DNA of 64,000 nucleotides from Pseudomonadota bacterium (GTDB lineage: Bacteria > Desulfobacterota > Syntrophorhabdia > Syntrophorhabdales > Syntrophorhabdaceae). This document shows, one piece after another, positions 9,411 through 18,845 of this stretch. The notes below the pieces were generated by a model. It saw only the letters and a list, made by a program, of their open reading frames with translations. It was not told the DNA's origin and ran no database searches. The translations under genes and the position numbers were made by a program. Every line of letters begins with the position of its first letter. Within the stretch, counting starts at the first letter, position 1. The DNA is taken from the NCBI GenBank assembly GCA_026388315.1, contig JAPLKA010000037.1, positions 34,259 to 98,258 on the forward strand, read 5' to 3'.

Positions 9411-9662
9411 ATGATCAACTTCACAAAAGAGGCATGGGAGCAGTACACATACTGGCAAAATGTCGATAAAACCATGGTTAATAAAATTAATAATCTCATA
9501 AAAGACTGCACGAGAAGCCCCTTTAAAGGAATCGGAAAACCGGAGCCGCTAACAAAAAACCTCTCCGGGTTCTGGTCAAGAAGGATTGACGATGAACATA
9601 GACTTGTGTACAAATACGAAAATGGAGATTTGTTTATTATATCATGCCGGTTCCATTATTGA
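9411..9662 (+). CDS. yoeB: YoeB/Txe family toxin (mRNA interferase)
   Basis: Near-colinear with E. coli YoeB as I recall it: WEQYTYWQ, INNLIKD, PFKGIGKPEPL, LSGFWSRRIDDEHRLVY, RFHY. Confidence 0.9.
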   Translation: MINFTKEAWEQYTYWQNVDKTMVNKINNLIKDCTRSPFKGIGKPEPLTKNLSGFWSRRIDDEHRLVYKYENGDLFIISCRFHY

Positions 9663-9747
9663 TGTGTTAGTCGGCTCGCTTTTTTGACCCTTTCTTTAAA
9701 GGTGCCTTTTGTGCCTTGGTCCGACCCCAATTGTTAATACACATTTT

Positions 9748-9779
9748 ACCCGCAAGGGTGTGCGGGTTTGCCCTTTAAT
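9748..9779 (+). terminator. hairpin plus T-rich tail downstream of yoeB (possible terminator)
   Basis: acccgca-agggtg-tgcgggt followed by ttgcccttt. A near-copy of the hairpin is at 10678-10696. Confidence 0.3.
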
Positions 9780-9881
9780 CCCTAATCCAGCTACCATCTG
9801 TGGCTGAATAATAAGTTATCAATGAACGCTATTAACGCAAAAAAATGCAAAACTGTATTTCATAAACCAGGGAGGTAAAAT

Positions 9882-10097
9882 ATGAGCGGTACAACTTTAG
9901 ATAGATTGTTGGATGACTTTAAGGAATTGCCCATAGATGACAAAGAATACGCTCTTAATATTATAACCAAACAGTTTATAGAGACAAAGAGATTGGCAAT
10001 TGCAAAAAGAGCAAAGGAAGCAATGTCAAATTTGAAAAAAGGAGCAGTGAAAGCAGGAACCGTGAAGGATTTATATAAGGAACTGGAAAGTGATTGA
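9882..10097 (+). CDS. putative antitoxin of the RelE-like module
   Basis: A strong RBS agggaggt precedes the ATG. The protein is small and helical. It overlaps the downstream toxin start by 8 nt. Confidence 0.55.
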   Translation: MSGTTLDRLLDDFKELPIDDKEYALNIITKQFIETKRLAIAKRAKEAMSNLKKGAVKAGTVKDLYKELESD

Positions 10098-10360
10098 GCT
10101 TACCTGGGATCAGGGCTTTAAAAGAATTTACAAAAAGAAAGTTAAAAATAATCAGGAACTTAAAGAGAGATTCTGGGATGCTGTTGAGCTATTTTCAAAG
10201 GAACCTTTCAATCACAGCCTGAGAACCCATAAGTTGACGGGAAAGCTTGATGGTTTTTTGGGCTTTCAGTGTAGCATTTGATTGTAGAGTCATTTTTAAG
10301 TTTTTAAACAAGAATGAAGTTTTGTTGGTAGACATAGGTGGCCATGATGAAGTGTACTAA
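10090..10360 (+). pseudogene. RelE/YafQ-type toxin disrupted by +1 frameshift in a T6 run
   Basis: The ORF stops at 10281. Removing one T from the run at 10254-10259 restores ...KLDGFWAFSVAFDCRVIFKFLNKNEVLLVDIGGHDEVY*, a canonical RelE/YafQ C-terminus. Confidence 0.75.
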
Positions 10361-10560
10361 GAAAATATCATCCGTTCTTGTACATCATCTCTCACAGAGA
10401 CCACAGATAAAAGAAATTGCGGATTGCGAAATGCGGATTTAAATACAAAACTTGAAGTGCATGAAAAAGAATCTAAGGCCTTGTCTCTCACAGAGTACGC
10501 AGAGTTCGCAGAGAAAGATGAGATATAATGGTGGACAGAATTCAGAGACAGACGAATTCT

Positions 10561-10850
10561 GTCCACACTCCATGCCCTTACAGGGCAGAAGTAAATTAAA
10601 TCTCAAACCAACATTTAAAACCATGTTTCTCAACGGTGAGCGCACCCAAATAAATGACGCTGATAGAAGTAAATTTTACCCGCAGGATGTGCGGGTTTGC
10701 TGGAATGAATCTTTCTCCTCATTCCAGCAAAGATATCTCCTCTCAGTTTACCCCGTGTAACGCATTTGCTACTCTATTGCACTGGGGTGCCCTCTGCGGA
10801 CTCGAGTGATCCCGTCGATGACGGGAGAACGGGCGAGAGGAAAATGATTT
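10561..10850 (+). repeat. family B copy 2 (expanded by internal insertions)
   Basis: The 5' part gtccacactccatgccc..gggcagaagtaaatt sits at 10561-10598. The 3' part cctctgcggactcgag...gggcgagaggaaaa sits at 10790-10845. An acccgca hairpin copy lies between them. Confidence 0.6.
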
Positions 10851-11077
10851 AAAATCTTTATCTCTCACAGAGCACACAGAGTTAAAGTATCTTCTGGTAA
10901 CTATCCATTCAACAATAGCACCGAAGGCGCTGATTGTTTTACCTGATTTGCCGCTCTATCTCAAATCAGGTAAAGAAAAATAACATCCGCATTCATCCGC
11001 AGTTATCTGTGGCTAAAAAAAGCATTTATCACCTTGGTCAAGACCTGCTTCGCATGGTTTAGCAGGGCGTTATAAAT

Positions 11078-11110
11078 AAATTCTAAATTCTCATTTCTAA
11101 ATTCTAAATT
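11078..11110 (+). repeat. 33-nt AAATTCT-type heptamer module upstream of wecB
   Basis: 32 of 33 nt are identical to the reverse complement of 53210-53242, which lies inside a coding sequence. Confidence 0.9.
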
Positions 11111-11126
11111 GTACCCGATTAACGAA

Positions 11127-12257
11127 ATGAAATCACAAAAGATAATGCATATAGTCGGTGCGCGACCCAATTTTATGAAAGTTGCTCCCATCATGAGAGA
11201 GATGCGCAAATATCCCGACAGGTTCACCCAAATCCTCGTTCATACCGGTCAGCACTATGATGAAAGCATGTCGGAGGTATTCTTTTCTGATCTGGATCTG
11301 CCCAAGCCAGATATTAATTTGGGGGTCGGGTCAGGCACCCATGCGTATCAAACAGCGCAGATCATGCTCCGATTCGAATCAGTGCTGCTTGAAAATAGAC
11401 CCGACTGGGTGGTTGTGGTAGGTGATGTGAACTCAACGATTGCCTGTGCGCTGGTATGCAGTAAACTCGGAATTCGTGTTGCCCATGTGGAGGCGGGTTT
11501 ACGTTCTTTCGATAGAACCATGCCTGAAGAGATAAATCGTATTCTGACGGATCAGATTTCAGATGTTTTGTTCACAACAGAAGAAAGTGCCAATGAAAAC
11601 CTGTTGCGGGAAGGCATTCCAAAAGAGAAAATCTACTTTGTCGGTAATGTTATGATCGATACGCTGGTTCATTTGTTACCGAAAACTGACAACCGGCTAA
11701 TTCTGAAAGAACTTGGTTTGCTGAAAAGTGATGGCCAGGCTGAAACGAGAAGCTACATGCTTGTAACAATGCATCGCCCTTCAAATGTGGACAACAGTGA
11801 AACGCTAAAGGAAATTATAGGTACTTTGATTGAATTGAGTAAGCATATGCCGGTTATCTTTCCTGTTCATCCCCGCACCAGGGGACAAATAGCTGATATG
11901 GATTTACAAACATCGACCTCTCTCATTTTTTTAGACCCGCTTGGATATCTCGATTTCTTGACCCTTATGCGGCATGCGAAATTGGTGTTAACCGACTCTG
12001 GCGGTATTCAAGAGGAAACCACTTACCTTGGCGTGCCGTGTCTGACAGTGCGACCAAATACCGAACGACCGGTGACTATCTCCAAGGGCACAAATAGATT
12101 GGTGGAAAATGACAGCAGGCAAATAATAGAAGCTGTAAAAGATACAATGGACAATTTGTCCAAGGGAAGCATGAGAAGGAGCATCCCTGAACTATGGGAT
12201 GGCAGGGCATCTCAGCGAATTGTAGAGATCTTGGCAAACTTAGCGATAGGAGAATGA
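11127..12257 (+). CDS. wecB: UDP-N-acetylglucosamine 2-epimerase (non-hydrolysing), WecB/WbpI type
   Basis: MHIVGARPNFMKVAPI, HTGQHYD, GDVNST, HVEAGLRSFDRTMPEEINR and DSGGIQEE. I prefer ATG 11127 to TTG 11109. Confidence 0.9.
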   Translation: MKSQKIMHIVGARPNFMKVAPIMREMRKYPDRFTQILVHTGQHYDESMSEVFFSDLDLPKPDINLGVGSGTHAYQTAQIMLRFESVLLENRPDWVVVVGDVNSTIACALVCSKLGIRVAHVEAGLRSFDRTMPEEINRILTDQISDVLFTTEESANENLLREGIPKEKIYFVGNVMIDTLVHLLPKTDNRLILKELGLLKSDGQAETRSYMLVTMHRPSNVDNSETLKEIIGTLIELSKHMPVIFPVHPRTRGQIADMDLQTSTSLIFLDPLGYLDFLTLMRHAKLVLTDSGGIQEETTYLGVPCLTVRPNTERPVTISKGTNRLVENDSRQIIEAVKDTMDNLSKGSMRRSIPELWDGRASQRIVEILANLAIGE

Positions 12258-12262
12258 GTTAA

Positions 12263-13135
12263 ATGTTGCAGTTGGTGAAGAAGATAATTCGAGAAAAAGC
12301 AATTGATTCATTAAAATCAAGAGGCTATTTTGTCGCAAGACCTCATTTTTACAACCCCATTCCAGATAAAGAGTATATTAATGGGCAAGGCTATTGGAAA
12401 CAGCCATATCCTTGTCACGGCATAGAATTTAACGATACGGCACAACTAAGTTTATTGGAGGAAATATCATCTTTTGCAAATGAGATTAATGAATTACCCG
12501 AAGATGTTCTTAACCCCCAGAAGAATCAGAGTTTTCTTGATATGGATCTGGAGTTTTTGTATGGTATGATCCGATTAATAAAACCGAAAAAGTTCATTGA
12601 GATTGGCGCTGGGTGGTCTACGCTGGTCTCTTTGCATGCTATTGAAAAGAATAAAAAAGAGGATATGGATGTACGCATACGATAATAGAGCCATATCCTA
12701 ATCGTTCTCTCTTACATTTTATTAATAATGCAGATTGTTATATTCAAAAAACAGGTTCAAGAAATATCGCCTGATTTATTTGTTGGTTTGGGTCAAAATG
12801 ACATTTTATTTATCGACACAAGCCATGTTGCAAAGTATGGAAGTGATGTAAACTATCTTTATTTTCATATACTTCCTTTGATCGGATCGGGTTGCTGCGT
12901 CCATATTCATGATATTTTTCTTCCAAATGATTATTTTCATGATTGGGTTGTTAAAAATGATCTTTTTTGGACCGAACAATATGTTGTTACCGCTTTTTTG
13001 ATGTATAACCAAGAGTTCACAGTAAAGCTTGCAGCCCAGTATCTAAGCCGAAAGTACCGCAGCAAGCTTAATAACCTATTCCCACGGTTTAAACCATCTT
13101 TTTCACCGGGCAGCCTTTGGATCCAAAGAAAATAA
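12263..13135 (+). pseudogene. class I methyltransferase (Methyltransf_24-like) with two compensating frameshifts
   Basis: Two same-frame ORFs are separated by TAA TAG at 12683-12688. The expected motif IEPYPNRSLLHFINNAD is encoded in another frame between 12685 and about 12750. The return to frame coincides with an A6 run. Confidence 0.6.
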
Positions 13136-13212
13136 TAATAATGAATTTCACTACCCAGGTAAACAAAAGTAATAATGATATAAATCTAAACAACTTTAAA
13201 GAGGTGAGTCAA

Positions 13213-14145
13213 ATGGAAACAAACAGAATAAAAAGGATTCTTGTTACGGGAAGTAAAGGTACTCTTGGAGTTCCTCTTGTTGCGGAGCTGAAAAAGCGGG
13301 GTCACGAAGTGTGGCAGTGCGACCTGCAGCATCAGCGGGACGAAAACTATATTCGAGCAGACGTATCAAACCACCGTCAGTTGGAAAGAGTTTTCGAGGC
13401 AAATCAATACGACTATGTGTATCACCTTGCCGCTGAATTCGGACGTATCAATGGAGAGGAATATTACGATACATTGTGGGAGACAAATGTAATAGGGACC
13501 AGGAATATCCTTGAGTGGCAAAAAAGAAAAGGTTTCAGGCTCATATTCGCCAGTTCCTCGGAGATATATGGGGATAAACACGAGGAAATTCTTTCGGAGG
13601 ATATTCCTCTCAATAAATCCATCATTCAGCATAACGATTATGCGACCACAAAATGGGTCAATGAAGTTCAGATAATGAACTTTGAAAAAAGATACGGCAT
13701 TGAGACCGTCCGATGCCGGTTTTTCAATGCCTACGGCCCGGGGGAGCATTATCATCATTACAGAAGTGTGGTTTGTTTATTTTGTTACAGGGCGTTGCAT
13801 AATATTCCCTGGCAAGTATATGAAGGGTATCATAGAGTCTTTATGTATATTGATGATTTTATCCCCACTCTTTCTAATGTCTGCGAAAATTTCAAGGCAG
13901 GTGAGGTTTACAATATTGGCGGCGAAGAATTCAGGAGCGTTAAGGAACTCAGTAATTTAGTGTTGAAACATACGGGCGCAGACGAGTCGCTTGTGGAATA
14001 TCTACCTGAGGACAAGCACAATACGATGAATAAGAAACCTGACATATCAAAGGCAAAGAAAGACCTTGGACACAATCCCAGGATTATATTGGAGGAGGGC
14101 GTGCCAAAAACAATAGAGTGGATGAAAGCAACATACAGAGTATAG
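13213..14145 (+). CDS. NAD-dependent epimerase/dehydratase (SDR)
   Basis: RBS aaagaggtgag precedes ATG 13213. Motifs ILVTGSKGTLG, SSSEIYG and YATTKW (YxxxK). Confidence 0.85.
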   Translation: METNRIKRILVTGSKGTLGVPLVAELKKRGHEVWQCDLQHQRDENYIRADVSNHRQLERVFEANQYDYVYHLAAEFGRINGEEYYDTLWETNVIGTRNILEWQKRKGFRLIFASSSEIYGDKHEEILSEDIPLNKSIIQHNDYATTKWVNEVQIMNFEKRYGIETVRCRFFNAYGPGEHYHHYRSVVCLFCYRALHNIPWQVYEGYHRVFMYIDDFIPTLSNVCENFKAGEVYNIGGEEFRSVKELSNLVLKHTGADESLVEYLPEDKHNTMNKKPDISKAKKDLGHNPRIILEEGVPKTIEWMKATYRV

Positions 14146-14354
14146 GTATGAGAGTGAAAAAACTATTATGTTGGGACTATCAAACAGTATCTGACGATGA
14201 AAAAAAATAATTATAGTTACGAGGAATTTAGATTTAAATATCTGGGCACTCTTTTATGTGTAATATGGATGCTTTTCATTTTTGGTACTTATTTTATTAA
14301 ATATTCGAATGTAGCAGGTTATATAAAAAAATTAACGACTATACTATTCTCGTC

Positions 14355-16193
14355 ATGATTAATTTATTACTCTTATTCTTGTTTGTTGTTATATCTACAG
14401 CGCTGGGAGCTTATCTTATTGATTTGTTAAGAATTAAGAAAACATCTCTGTTTGATTCATTTGTTTTTTCATATGCTATTGGGATAGGGTTAATTTCGTT
14501 GCTCATATTTTATATCGCTTCATTTGGTTTTTTATATTCAACCTTTTTATATCCAATATTGTTTCTGCTGGTTATAGCTTCTATTCCAAAGATATTCGCT
14601 TTTTTGAAATCTTTAAATAAGTCATCATTAATGATAAAACAAATAAATTGGCCCTATTTAAATATCATTATTTTCACTATCATTGGAATATATATCCTTA
14701 TTCTAATGATCCAGGCATTATGTCCCCCAACCGAGTATGATTCCCTTGTGTACCATCTCGCCGATCCTAAAGCATTTCTTAAATATAAACAGCTTATTTA
14801 TCAACAGGTACCAGGAATAGACATACCTCTTGGTAAAATAATGCCATTTAACTTTGAGATGCTTTACATAATTCCACTTTTTTTTGGAAGAGATGCGCTT
14901 GCTCAACTGTTTCAATTAGGCTCAACAATGATTGCACTATTGGCTGTTTATAATTGCACTGCAAATTTGTTTTCGGCTCGTGTAGGACTGATGGCTATAG
15001 CAATATTATCGTTTCAGCCTGCGGTTGCTCCTTTCATGTCTTCAGCCAAACCGGATACAGCGCTTCTCTTGTATGCTGTTTTAGCTGTCTATTCTATCGT
15101 TAATTGGTTTCGACAAAATGATTCAAAATGGTTATTGCTTTGTGGCATTTTTTCCGGCTTTTATTTGGCCGGAAAATTATCGGGTTTAATCCTCGCCGTG
15201 TACTTGTTTATCCCTATTCTTTTTAAAAGTATTTATAGACACAGAATAAGAATTGGAAGGATATTATCAGAATCAGCTATTTTTTTGTTGCCCGTAGTAA
15301 TTATAGCGGGCCCATGGTTAATTAGAACCTGGTTCATAACCGGAGATCCGATTTATCCTTATTTAACTAAATTCTTTGGAAGATCATTTATTACAGAAAT
15401 AAGCCACCAAAAGTCTTTAATGGGATTTATCAAATATCCTTGGGATTTAACTTTTAATACGAATGTATTCTTGGCGGAAGGAGGTATAACACCAATTTAT
15501 TTGGCTATTTTCCCGGTAATATTTATTTTAAAAAGGATAAGCAAGCCTATAATTTATTTGTCACTATTTAGCATGATCTATATCTATACCTTTTATTTTC
15601 TCCATGTTCAAAGCCGTTATTTTCTTGTGGGTATTGTCGGCTTAGCCATAGTATGCGCTTATTTGATTGACAAAATATTAAGGAGTGATCATAAAATCTA
15701 TAAAATAATTACTTTAATATTACTTTTCTCATTCTTTTCTCAAAATCTATATGCTCTTGTCAAAGTGAATGTCCCCAAATTCAAGGTGGCGCTGGGATCA
15801 TTAAGCCGTCAACAATATCTAAGAAACAGTCTTCGAGATTATTATTTTATGGCAGAATATGTCAACAATAACTTGCCCATAAATTCAACTATTTTTTCTC
15901 CATGGGAAAATAGATTCTATTATTTTGATTGTAATTTTTTGAGCGGGAATTGGATGGTATCGGAAATGCTCAAAGTTGACTCTGTAGAAGAATGGAGGAA
16001 GATTTTAAAAGAGGAATATAAAGCAAATTATCTCCTGTTAGCCTGGGATTATCATCGAGTATTGATCCGGCTATATGAGAATGGACATTTGGGATATGAC
16101 CCGAGAAAAAATCTTTTATTCAGTAATGGGATGGAAAAATATTTGAGTTTAGTGCATTCAAACGGCGATTACGTGCTATATAAAATATTATGA
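14355..16193 (+). CDS. polytopic GT-C-like membrane protein (ArnT/PMT-like glycosyltransferase candidate)
   Basis: At least 12 predicted TM helices and a first-loop acidic motif PPTEYDSLVYH. The C-terminal domain is soluble. The gene is very AT-rich compared with its neighbours. Confidence 0.55.
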   Translation: MINLLLLFLFVVISTALGAYLIDLLRIKKTSLFDSFVFSYAIGIGLISLLIFYIASFGFLYSTFLYPILFLLVIASIPKIFAFLKSLNKSSLMIKQINWPYLNIIIFTIIGIYILILMIQALCPPTEYDSLVYHLADPKAFLKYKQLIYQQVPGIDIPLGKIMPFNFEMLYIIPLFFGRDALAQLFQLGSTMIALLAVYNCTANLFSARVGLMAIAILSFQPAVAPFMSSAKPDTALLLYAVLAVYSIVNWFRQNDSKWLLLCGIFSGFYLAGKLSGLILAVYLFIPILFKSIYRHRIRIGRILSESAIFLLPVVIIAGPWLIRTWFITGDPIYPYLTKFFGRSFITEISHQKSLMGFIKYPWDLTFNTNVFLAEGGITPIYLAIFPVIFILKRISKPIIYLSLFSMIYIYTFYFLHVQSRYFLVGIVGLAIVCAYLIDKILRSDHKIYKIITLILLFSFFSQNLYALVKVNVPKFKVALGSLSRQQYLRNSLRDYYFMAEYVNNNLPINSTIFSPWENRFYYFDCNFLSGNWMVSEMLKVDSVEEWRKILKEEYKANYLLLAWDYHRVLIRLYENGHLGYDPRKNLLFSNGMEKYLSLVHSNGDYVLYKIL

Positions 16194-16446
16194 GCGAAAA
16201 AGTGAGGTTTATGATATTGGTGGAAAAGAATTCAGGAGCGTGAAAGAACTCAGTAATTTAGTATTGAAACATACCGGTGCAGATGATTCGCTTGTGGAAT
16301 ATCTACCTGAGGACAAGCACAATACGATGAATAAGAAACCTGACATATCAAAGGCAAAGAAAGACCTTGGACACAATCCCAGGATTATATTGGAGGAGGG
16401 CGTACCCAAAACGATAGAGTGGATGAAGCAGGTGTATGGGAAATAG
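16194..16446 (+). pseudogene. duplicated 3' fragment (last about 80 codons) of the epimerase gene at 13213..14145
   Basis: 16201-16428 aligns with 13901-14128 at an offset of exactly 2300 bp, including a 116-bp perfect match (13987-14102 = 16287-16402). There is no N-terminal part. Confidence 0.85.
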
Positions 16447-16497
16447 AGAAGGCATGACACTCCACATTCTGATTGAATTACACACATCAGAAAAACT

Positions 16498-17715
16498 ATG
16501 AAAAGGACTCTAATAATTGCTGGTGTTTGTTTTCCTCCTGTGGTTGTGGGGCCCGCCGTATTACTTGGTAACTTGTTCAAATATTTTCCTCCTGACTCAT
16601 ATTGTGTATTAATGGGACGTTTAGATCATATATGGCAGTTTAAAGATATGGGCTCCGTTATGCCCTGCAAATATTACCACACCCGTTACCCGATAATAGA
16701 AGGCAAGGGATGGCGTCATATTCGTAGCATTTTCAGAGAACTCCTGGTAATACCCATGATCGTGTGGAAGGGAATACAGATTGTAAGAAAGGAAAAGATA
16801 GACCTTCTTTTTGCAGTTACTGATCGTGAAATGGAGATCGCAGCACTTTTTATACATTGGGCTACACGAAAACCATTGTACATCTATATGCCAGACCTTT
16901 ATTTTGTGAGAAGCCGCAAAGCGCCAGGTTGGACAACATTGCTGCAAAGGATAACAGAGCCAATTCTTGTGAGGGTTGCAAAAAGCATATTTGTTTGCAG
17001 CAAGCCTACCTGTGAATATTATCAGTTAAAATATGGGCGACATACAGAACTGATTCAACACTCCACGGATTTTAGTGCCTATTCGCCGGAACCACCGTGC
17101 AGTAAAAAACCACAAGAATATTTTAATATTGTATTTACCGGAGAGGCAAGTGCAGCTCAGTTAGATGCAATACTCAACATGGTAAAGGTGGTTAATGAGT
17201 TTCCGGATTTAAAAGTCAAGTTTACTGTTTATTCAAACAATTCACCAAAATATTTGAAAGAATTCGGGATAAATGGTCCAAATGTGGAATGTAAACAAGC
17301 TACCCGGAAAGAAATCCCCTTGATACAGCAGTCTGCAGATATTTTATTTCTACCGCTTGCTTTCGAGTGGGATTGTCCAGAGATCATTCGTACTGCTTCT
17401 CCAAGTAAGTTGCCCGAATACCTGGTAGCAGGCCGGCCTATCCTGGTTCATGCCCCTGGATACAGTTACGTTGCGGTATATGGGCGAGAAGAAGGGTTTG
17501 CCTTAGTCGTAGATCGTCCGGATATTGAGCTGTTAAGGCAGGCTATCTTGCAGTTGAAGACTGATGGTGTTCTTTGCGAGCGTATAGTAGCTAATGCTCT
17601 CCGTGTTGCAAAACAACATCACGATGCGGCCCGGGTATCGATGCAGCTTCAACGGTATATGGGGCTGTATGATGATCAGTCGCAAAGCAATTCATTAATA
17701 GAGGTTTTATCTTAA
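16498..17715 (+). CDS. glycosyltransferase (GT4/GT1-like)
   Basis: C-terminal ADILFLPLAF ... SPSKLPEYLVAGRPILVHAP pattern of a GT-B fold donor-binding domain. Confidence 0.65.
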   Translation: MKRTLIIAGVCFPPVVVGPAVLLGNLFKYFPPDSYCVLMGRLDHIWQFKDMGSVMPCKYYHTRYPIIEGKGWRHIRSIFRELLVIPMIVWKGIQIVRKEKIDLLFAVTDREMEIAALFIHWATRKPLYIYMPDLYFVRSRKAPGWTTLLQRITEPILVRVAKSIFVCSKPTCEYYQLKYGRHTELIQHSTDFSAYSPEPPCSKKPQEYFNIVFTGEASAAQLDAILNMVKVVNEFPDLKVKFTVYSNNSPKYLKEFGINGPNVECKQATRKEIPLIQQSADILFLPLAFEWDCPEIIRTASPSKLPEYLVAGRPILVHAPGYSYVAVYGREEGFALVVDRPDIELLRQAILQLKTDGVLCERIVANALRVAKQHHDAARVSMQLQRYMGLYDDQSQSNSLIEVLS

Positions 17716-18656
17716 TGAAGCAGAGTTGTTCGGTAGTAATTGCAACGAGGAACAGAACAGAAGAGCTTGCTGAATGTTTGAAATCAATCCACCTGCAAAC
17801 GATACCCCCGGATGAGATTATTGTGGTTGATTCAAGCGACAAACGAAGCAAACTCTATGAAAACTGCAATCCTACCGAGAAGATTCCAATAAAATATATT
17901 CATACGCTTGATCGCAGCTCGGCAAGACAACGCAATAAAGGGATAGATGTGTGCATTGGCGATATCATTTTCTTTTTCGATGACGATATTATTTTAGATA
18001 AAGACTTTATCGCAAACAGCTTGAAGGTCTATGAAGATGACAAATCTGGAGTTATTGGGTGTGTACAGGGCGTCGACTTGAATGTTACGAAGTCTTTCTT
18101 ATCAGGGAAAAGACGGTTGCTATTCTATCGTTTGTTTATGCTGGATCGAAATGATAGCCTCGCAAGATTGTTACCCTCTGGGATGACTGTCCATTTAGAT
18201 TATGCATCACCAGAAATCAGGCATTCTTCGAAAATAATCAGGGTCTATTGTGCACCGGGGGGAATAACGAGCTATCGAAGGGAGGCATTAGAGGAGTTCA
18301 GATTTGATGAAAACTACAATGGATATTCCCATGGGGAGGATGTAGAATTATCCCATCGAGTGTCACAAAAATATGAGATGTATTTCACTCCAGAAGCAAA
18401 GTTGTTTCATAATCAACCACCAAGCAAAATAGCATGGTATAGAACAGAGGCTTATATTCGATCCGCAATCAGCGCTCAGGTCTATATCTTTCGAAAATTA
18501 TTTAAAAAGAATCCATTGAATTATATTGCAATATTATGGTCTTGGTTTGGCTTACTGATTTGGAACGGAATAGTACATCCAAACAAGAAATATTTTGTTT
18601 ACTATCTGCGGTCCATGAAAAAAGAATTTTGGAACATATTTCGAAAAATCGCTTGA
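17715..18656 (+). CDS. GT2-family glycosyltransferase
   Basis: CSVVIATRNRTEELAECLKS, VVDSSD and FFFDDD (DxD), with a C-terminal TM segment. Confidence 0.85.
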   Translation: MKQSCSVVIATRNRTEELAECLKSIHLQTIPPDEIIVVDSSDKRSKLYENCNPTEKIPIKYIHTLDRSSARQRNKGIDVCIGDIIFFFDDDIILDKDFIANSLKVYEDDKSGVIGCVQGVDLNVTKSFLSGKRRLLFYRLFMLDRNDSLARLLPSGMTVHLDYASPEIRHSSKIIRVYCAPGGITSYRREALEEFRFDENYNGYSHGEDVELSHRVSQKYEMYFTPEAKLFHNQPPSKIAWYRTEAYIRSAISAQVYIFRKLFKKNPLNYIAILWSWFGLLIWNGIVHPNKKYFVYYLRSMKKEFWNIFRKIA

Positions 18657-18845
18657 TTTCTATCAATGTCATAGTTGTTCAAAATAACAAAACATATTAA
18701 TGATTTTATAAGATTATCAGTACTCTCACAGCATGTCGCAACTGAATATTTGACAAAGGATTATCATGAACGATGAAAGAATACTGTTGGTCATGCTCCC
18801 TTTTTACCGCCTTATGGGGAGTCCTTACAAACAAACCTCTCTATT

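Noticed and set aside
10452-10760. 102-aa ORF in the toxin-antitoxin island
   Set aside because: It runs entirely across copies of the family B and hairpin repeats. It has no RBS, and its sequence is low-complexity and Arg/Ser-rich. Most likely it is a chance ORF.
10937-10971. Perfect 11-bp stem hairpin (ttacctgattt ... aaatcaggtaa) as a terminator
   Set aside because: No U-tract follows on either strand, and it lies within repeat-derived DNA. It is more likely part of a repeat element.
14199-14357. 52-codon ORF with one TM helix overlapping the GT-C gene start by ATGA
   Set aside because: It may be a real small membrane protein or a frameshifted N-terminus of the GT-C gene. I cannot distinguish these from sequence alone.
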